Below are positions 16,493 to 20,242 of a DNA stretch of 20,242 nucleotides, in pieces. The DNA lies in assembly GCA_044356455.1 (NCBI GenBank), contig JBIKWF010000080.1, forward strand, positions 1 to 20,242, given 5' to 3'. The notes beneath the pieces were generated by a model that ran no database searches, was not told where the DNA came from, and saw only the letters and a program-made list of their open reading frames with translations. A program made the translations under genes and the position numbers. The first letter of the stretch is position 1. Every line of letters begins with the position of its first letter. The stretch is from Bdellovibrionota bacterium (GTDB lineage: Bacteria > Bdellovibrionota_C > UBA2361 > JBGSMV01).

Positions 16493-17329
16493 CTACTCTT
16501 CGAGTGATGAGAGCGCCGCGAGGCGCTTTGCCATCTTCGGATGGCTGATGAAAAGATCGCTGAACATCTCCTCTTTGCGAGACTGCGTTCTCGACTCCGC
16601 TGCGGCGCTAAGCTTTTCCAAAGCCCGCCGCAATCCGCGCGTGGTGCCTGTGTAAAACGCGGCAAGCGCATCGGCCGCAAACTCTCGCTCTTGAGAGATC
16701 GCGCTCTTCCCCATGGGGAAAATGAAGCGCGAGAAGAGCTTGAGCGTCCAGCCTAAGACATACGCGAGCGGGGTTGAACCAAGTGCCGTGCTCCCCTTCA
16801 ATACCAGGTTCGCAAGCTGCTCAGCCCCTCCTGTGATAATTTGGATCACCGTCATGAGCCCTACGTCTTTGCACTTGATGTGTCCGACCTCGTGGGCGAC
16901 GACGCCCTCAAGCTCTTCGTGATCAAGCAGATCGTAAAGCTCTTGTGAAATGGCGATACCATATTGACCCAGGAACCCCATGCCAAATGCAAAGGCATTG
17001 GGAACGCCCATCTCCACCACATAGAGCCGCGGAGAGAAGAGTCGGCCCCGCCAGACCTTGGACACTGCCGCGATGAAGCGGCCGTGTTTCACCGGATCGG
17101 GCTTCACGGCCCGAAAGAGGGTGGTGATGACAACCTCAGAGAGGATGAACATCACAAGGCTGGTGGAGAAAACTCCCATCAGAATCCCGATCACCACTCG
17201 CGCACCGCCAAAGCGACTCGCAAGTGCGACGGCGACTCCCATGACCAAAGTCATGGCGAGCAAGCTCACTGCCGTGTGCAGCCAGGACTCAGCCACCCGC
17301 AGGAAAACACGCCTGCGTGAAATAGCCAC
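16493..17329 (-). CDS. htpX: Zinc metalloprotease, HtpX/M48 family
   Basis: PNAFAFG, ELEGVVAHEVGHI (HExxH), SQEREFAADALA, LRRALEKL, LFISHP. GGAGG RBS and GTG start. Confidence 0.9.
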   Translation of the reverse strand: MAISRRRVFLRVAESWLHTAVSLLAMTLVMGVAVALASRFGGARVVIGILMGVFSTSLVMFILSEVVITTLFRAVKPDPVKHGRFIAAVSKVWRGRLFSPRLYVVEMGVPNAFAFGMGFLGQYGIAISQELYDLLDHEELEGVVAHEVGHIKCKDVGLMTVIQIITGGAEQLANLVLKGSTALGSTPLAYVLGWTLKLFSRFIFPMGKSAISQEREFAADALAAFYTGTTRGLRRALEKLSAAAESRTQSRKEEMFSDLFISHPKMAKRLAALSSLEE

Positions 17330-17456
17330 AAATCCTCCCTTCTACCCGTATGGGTGTATGTAATGTGAAACCTTCAGGACTGTTAACCCGTTCTAAGGGT
17401 ATAGCTGGTAGGCGATAAAGTGAGAGGTGAGCTTATTGGCGCTCGTTTGCTCTCTT

Positions 17457-17597
17457 TTGGACACCCATCCTTTTCTTCCGCAGGTCTCGCACCAGCGGAA
17501 TTATCATAACAATTCAAGGTGGTTAGTATCCCCTCGCGCTCGGTGGCTTTGCGCTTGGCAACAAAGAGTGGGTGTCCAACAAAGAAAGGACACTCAT
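17457..17597. mobile_element. Putative non-autonomous element bounded by TGGGTGTCC inverted repeats, plus an adjacent third motif copy
   Basis: TTGGACACCCA (17457-17467) and TGGGTGTCCAA (17569-17579) form a perfect 11-bp IR. A variant GGACACTCA follows at 17588-17596. Same core as at the RAYT leader ends (314-322, 2420-2428). Confidence 0.6.
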
Positions 17598-17739
17598 CGA
17601 AGAACTCAAGGTCCCCGCAATACGAAATACTGAGATCAGGATGCGGGGCAGCATTATTAGGCTCAAGCCCCGAAGCGCCCCGCGCCTTGTGGTAACGCTC
17701 GGCATAAGGAGGAAACTCAATGTCCATGAATAAGTAGAA

Positions 17740-17810
17740 GGACAATGGCTGTGGCGACCGATCCGAAACCGAGCAGCGGTTGAGCATCCGTGCCTTTCAA
17801 TTTGCTATGT
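17740..17810 (-). mobile_element. Degenerate attC site closing the ORF6N cassette
   Basis: R'' GAAACATAGC nearly complements the cassette start GTTATGTTTC. Shares CAAATTGA..CGGATGCTC..ACCGCTGCTC with the attC at 20132-20188. Ends CAGCCATT where the other sites have AGCCGTT. Confidence 0.6.
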
Positions 17811-17869
17811 TTCGAGACAACTTGTCATCTTTTTCCTCGATAAGTGATGCAATAAAGGAGACACTGTCC

Positions 17870-18385
17870 ATGGTTGCGACACAGTTATTGCCTTCTGTTG
17901 ATTCGCTAATCTATCTGATTCGCGGCCAGAAGGTCCTGCTCGATCGTGACCTGGCAGAACTTTACGGCGTAGACACGCGTACTCTGGTGCAGGCCGTAAA
18001 GAGAAATATCGGTAGATTCCCCGAAGATTTCTGCTTTCAATTGTCAGATCAGGAGTTTACTAACTTGAGATCACAAATTGTGATCTCAAGTCATGGTGGG
18101 CGCAGGACCTCCCCCCTCGCTTTTACCGAGCAAGGTATTGCAATGCTATCCGGAGTTCTAAATAGCCCCCGGGCTATTCAAGTCAATATACAGATTATGC
18201 GAACCTTCGTGAGGATTAGGGAAATGCTAAACACGAATCAGCATCTCGCAAGAAAATTGGCGAACCTTGAGCGCCGCTATGATAGCCAGTTCAAGTCAGT
18301 CTTTGATGCAATTCGAGAAATTATGAATCCGTCTCAACCGCCGACAAAGCGAAGAATTGGCTTCGGTCGTGATTCGGAAACATAA
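17870..18385 (+). CDS. ORF6N-domain DNA-binding protein, inverted within its cassette
   Basis: [67 protein letters not shown] and RRIGF tail. AAGGAG RBS before ATG 17870. Confidence 0.93.
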   Translation: MVATQLLPSVDSLIYLIRGQKVLLDRDLAELYGVDTRTLVQAVKRNIGRFPEDFCFQLSDQEFTNLRSQIVISSHGGRRTSPLAFTEQGIAMLSGVLNSPRAIQVNIQIMRTFVRIREMLNTNQHLARKLANLERRYDSQFKSVFDAIREIMNPSQPPTKRRIGFGRDSET

Positions 18386-18477
18386 CGGCTGGAGATCCTC
18401 TTCCGCAGACCAGTATAGCTTATCGAAATCCCACGGTCGTTTCAGCGTCGGCGGTCGGATTCACCGGGCTGCTATCT
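18380..18477 (-). mobile_element. attC site (98 bp) of the lipoprotein cassette
   Basis: R'' AGATAGC (AAC>AGC) just after the TAG and R' GTTATGT. Imperfect palindrome (GATCC/GGATTC, CCGCAGAC/GTCGGCGG), related in sequence to the attC at 18904. Confidence 0.8.
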
Positions 18478-18483
18478 CTTACT

Positions 18484-18888
18484 CTAACGATTTGCGCAGC
18501 TACTAGGTTTACGCCGATCAAGCGATATCACCGCTTCGCTATCTTGAAGCTTTCCGTAGTTGTCAGAAGACCTCAGCTCAAGCCAAAGGCACTTCCCTTG
18601 AGCCTCAAAAACCTCGGGACCGATGTCCCCTGTTCCGGATGACCACTGAATCACCTGGCTTGTCGTAGGAGTGACCACTTGGAATTCGTAGATGGCCCCG
18701 AGTTGCAGGCTCCCTGTGCTACCGTTGGGTTTTGTCCCCAAAAATTTTAGACGGAAGTCCGGGAAATCGATTTCTCGGGTTGGTTCGTATACAAATTTTT
18801 GCCCGTAATTAATTGAATCAGGATTGCCCAAGGAACTACTACAACCTGCTACAATTAGAAGGGTTATGCTGAACAATATAGTTTTCAT
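18484..18888 (-). CDS. Hypothetical lipoprotein (gene cassette)
   Basis: MKTILFSITLLIVAG|C lipobox; bounded by attC sites. Confidence 0.85.
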   Translation of the reverse strand: MKTILFSITLLIVAGCSSSLGNPDSINYGQKFVYEPTREIDFPDFRLKFLGTKPNGSTGSLQLGAIYEFQVVTPTTSQVIQWSSGTGDIGPEVFEAQGKCLWLELRSSDNYGKLQDSEAVISLDRRKPSSCANR

Positions 18889-18903
18889 TCATGCTTCCGT
18901 GCG

Positions 18904-19000
18904 AGATAACGGCTGCGCGCACGGGGCGAGACCGGTACGCAATTACGACCTATCGATAATTCTACGCGGTTTCGCCTCCGGGTGGCGCGAGTTGTTCTAC
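18904..19000 (-). mobile_element. attC site (97 bp) of the binding-protein cassette
   Basis: R'' GTAGAAC and R' GTTATCT. Palindromic arms CGCGCCAC/GTGCGCG and GGCGAAACCG/CGGTCTCGCC. Confidence 0.87.
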
Positions 19001-19018
19001 GCTTCCGCCCCGAGCAAA

Positions 19019-20107
19019 TCACTGGATGGCAACAACTTTCCGCGACTTCACCGTAAAGAGGCTCCCGACACTCATGTTTGCAAACATACCATTTCTAAAG
19101 TCAATCGAACCACCGACTCCCTCATAGTGAACCGTGCGCAAAGCACTAGCTACGTCCTGATCTGAGATTGTCAGAGCCTTCGCGATTGAACGAAGAATCT
19201 CATAGGCATTGTGTGCGCCTAATATGGGATCCTTTCCATAGCGCTGCTTGAAACGCGAAATAAACTCATCGCTCGGGCTCCAATCAGTGAAGAACGTTCC
19301 TTCCATGAGATCGTTGCTAGAGTTTCTGACGTAAAGAGCCTCGGTAACGTTCGACGTGCCCAAGAGCTTGCTAGCCATTCGCTGCTCCTTCATGGTCTTC
19401 AGAACCTGGTCGGTCCACTCCGCAGCGATTATCGCATCAGCTCCGAGTGCTCGAAATTTCGCGATTTCGGTTCGGTGGGTGTCTGTAAAACCAAACGAAC
19501 AGACCTCTCCAACGACCGTCACACCGTTCTCTGTCGCCACCTCGTGCCACATCTTTGAGTAGGCGTGTCCCCAAGAGTTGTCGAAGCAGAGAATGCCAAC
19601 TCGCTTTACCTCTGGGTTAATTTCAAAAAACTGTGAAACTGCGCGACGTACGCTGTTCACTCGATTCCCCATAGTGAAAAAGTATTGGCCCTTCAACGCA
19701 GGATCGTCGTCCGAAACCGTCGGTGCAATCAAGAGCACGCGGTCTTTTTCGGCAAGTGGGAGGATCGCGTTGATGAGGTGCGCCCAAATGTCACCGACAA
19801 TTATTCTCACACCCTGCACTTCAACGAGTTTCTTATACGCGGATACCGAGCGAGCAGCTTCCGTTCCCGAGTCCTCGAAAAGGAGATCCAATCGCCGACC
19901 TCGTATACCACCAGATTGATTAATCTCCTCTTGTGCCATCTCCAACCCTTGCCTCGCACTTTCGCTCCACGTAGCTGCGGCACCGGTCAATCCCAAGACA
20001 ACACCAATTTTGTAGGTCCGAGCTGGCTCGGCCACTACAGTGTCACAGCCAGCCCAACTAATCATAAGAGCTACAAGAAAAATGGCTGAATGAACTCGTG
20101 TCGACAT
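19019..20107 (-). CDS. LivK-like ABC substrate-binding protein, probable lipoprotein (gene cassette)
   Basis: YKIGVVLGLTGAAA, GLEMAQEEINQSGGIRGRRLDLLFEDS, F..RFKQRYGKDP...AY and YEGVGGSIDF. Possible lipobox WAGC. Confidence 0.92.
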   Translation of the reverse strand: MSTRVHSAIFLVALMISWAGCDTVVAEPARTYKIGVVLGLTGAAATWSESARQGLEMAQEEINQSGGIRGRRLDLLFEDSGTEAARSVSAYKKLVEVQGVRIIVGDIWAHLINAILPLAEKDRVLLIAPTVSDDDPALKGQYFFTMGNRVNSVRRAVSQFFEINPEVKRVGILCFDNSWGHAYSKMWHEVATENGVTVVGEVCSFGFTDTHRTEIAKFRALGADAIIAAEWTDQVLKTMKEQRMASKLLGTSNVTEALYVRNSSNDLMEGTFFTDWSPSDEFISRFKQRYGKDPILGAHNAYEILRSIAKALTISDQDVASALRTVHYEGVGGSIDFRNGMFANMSVGSLFTVKSRKVVAIQ

Positions 20108-20131
20108 ATCAACTCTAAATAAGGAGGGAGC

Positions 20132-20188
20132 GTATAACGGCTATGAGCAGCGGTGCGACCGCAGGGAGCATCCGCTGGCTCAATTTGT
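20132..20188 (-). mobile_element. attC site truncated at R'' by an intron insertion
   Basis: R' GTTATAC. Near-perfect palindrome TGAGCAGCGGTGCGACC-GCA-GGGAGCATCCGCTGGCTCA with extrahelical bases. The bottom strand ends TTGT instead of TTGTT. Confidence 0.87.
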
Positions 20189-20242
20189 GTACGCCCCGCA
20201 TGGGCGTGAACTAGAGGGTGAAAATCCCTTACGGAAGAATCA
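20189..20242 (+). mobile_element. 5' end of a probable group IIC (attC-targeting) intron, opposite to cassette orientation
   Basis: GTACGCCCCGCATGGGCGTGAACTAGAGGGTGAAAATCCC matches the IIC 5' pattern GTGYGCCC.GCATGGG...GGGTGAAAGTCCC and follows TTGT on the attC bottom strand. Only 54 nt are visible. Confidence 0.78.

Noticed and set aside
15990..16655. 221-aa + strand ORF and neighbouring antisense ORFs
   Set aside because: Shadow frames of GC-rich minus-strand genes.
17349..17357. TATGGGTGT upstream of htpX
   Set aside because: Lacks the terminal CC of the motif and has no partner repeat.
17383..17787. 134-aa minus-strand ORF as a real gene
   Set aside because: Starts inside the degenerate attC and reads through the inverted-repeat element.

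Overview
Bacterial accessory region with no rRNA, tRNA or CRISPR array seen. The left edge holds the 5' end of a REP-associated tyrosine (HUH) transposase gene on the minus strand, missed by the ORF track. A diverged, truncated second copy of its 5' end lies at ~2.3 kb, and its terminal motif TGGGTGTCC recurs as an inverted-repeat mini-element at ~17.5 kb. The middle encodes a secreted trypsin-like protease, a signal-peptide protein made of two Cys-bracketed flagellin-like repeats, an orphan LivK-type binding protein, a PKMT-like methyltransferase with a conserved partner, a VanW fusion, a C39-like peptidase, an AAA+ ATPase/VWA-like pair, two membrane proteins and HtpX. Several REP-like palindromes sit between genes. 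The right end is a minus-strand integron cassette array: four attC sites, decaying leftward, delimit cassettes for a binding protein, a lipoprotein and an inverted ORF6N gene. The rightmost attC is interrupted by the 5' end of a probable group IIC-attC intron. No integrase is in the window. All family calls come from motif recognition by eye; no searches were run.
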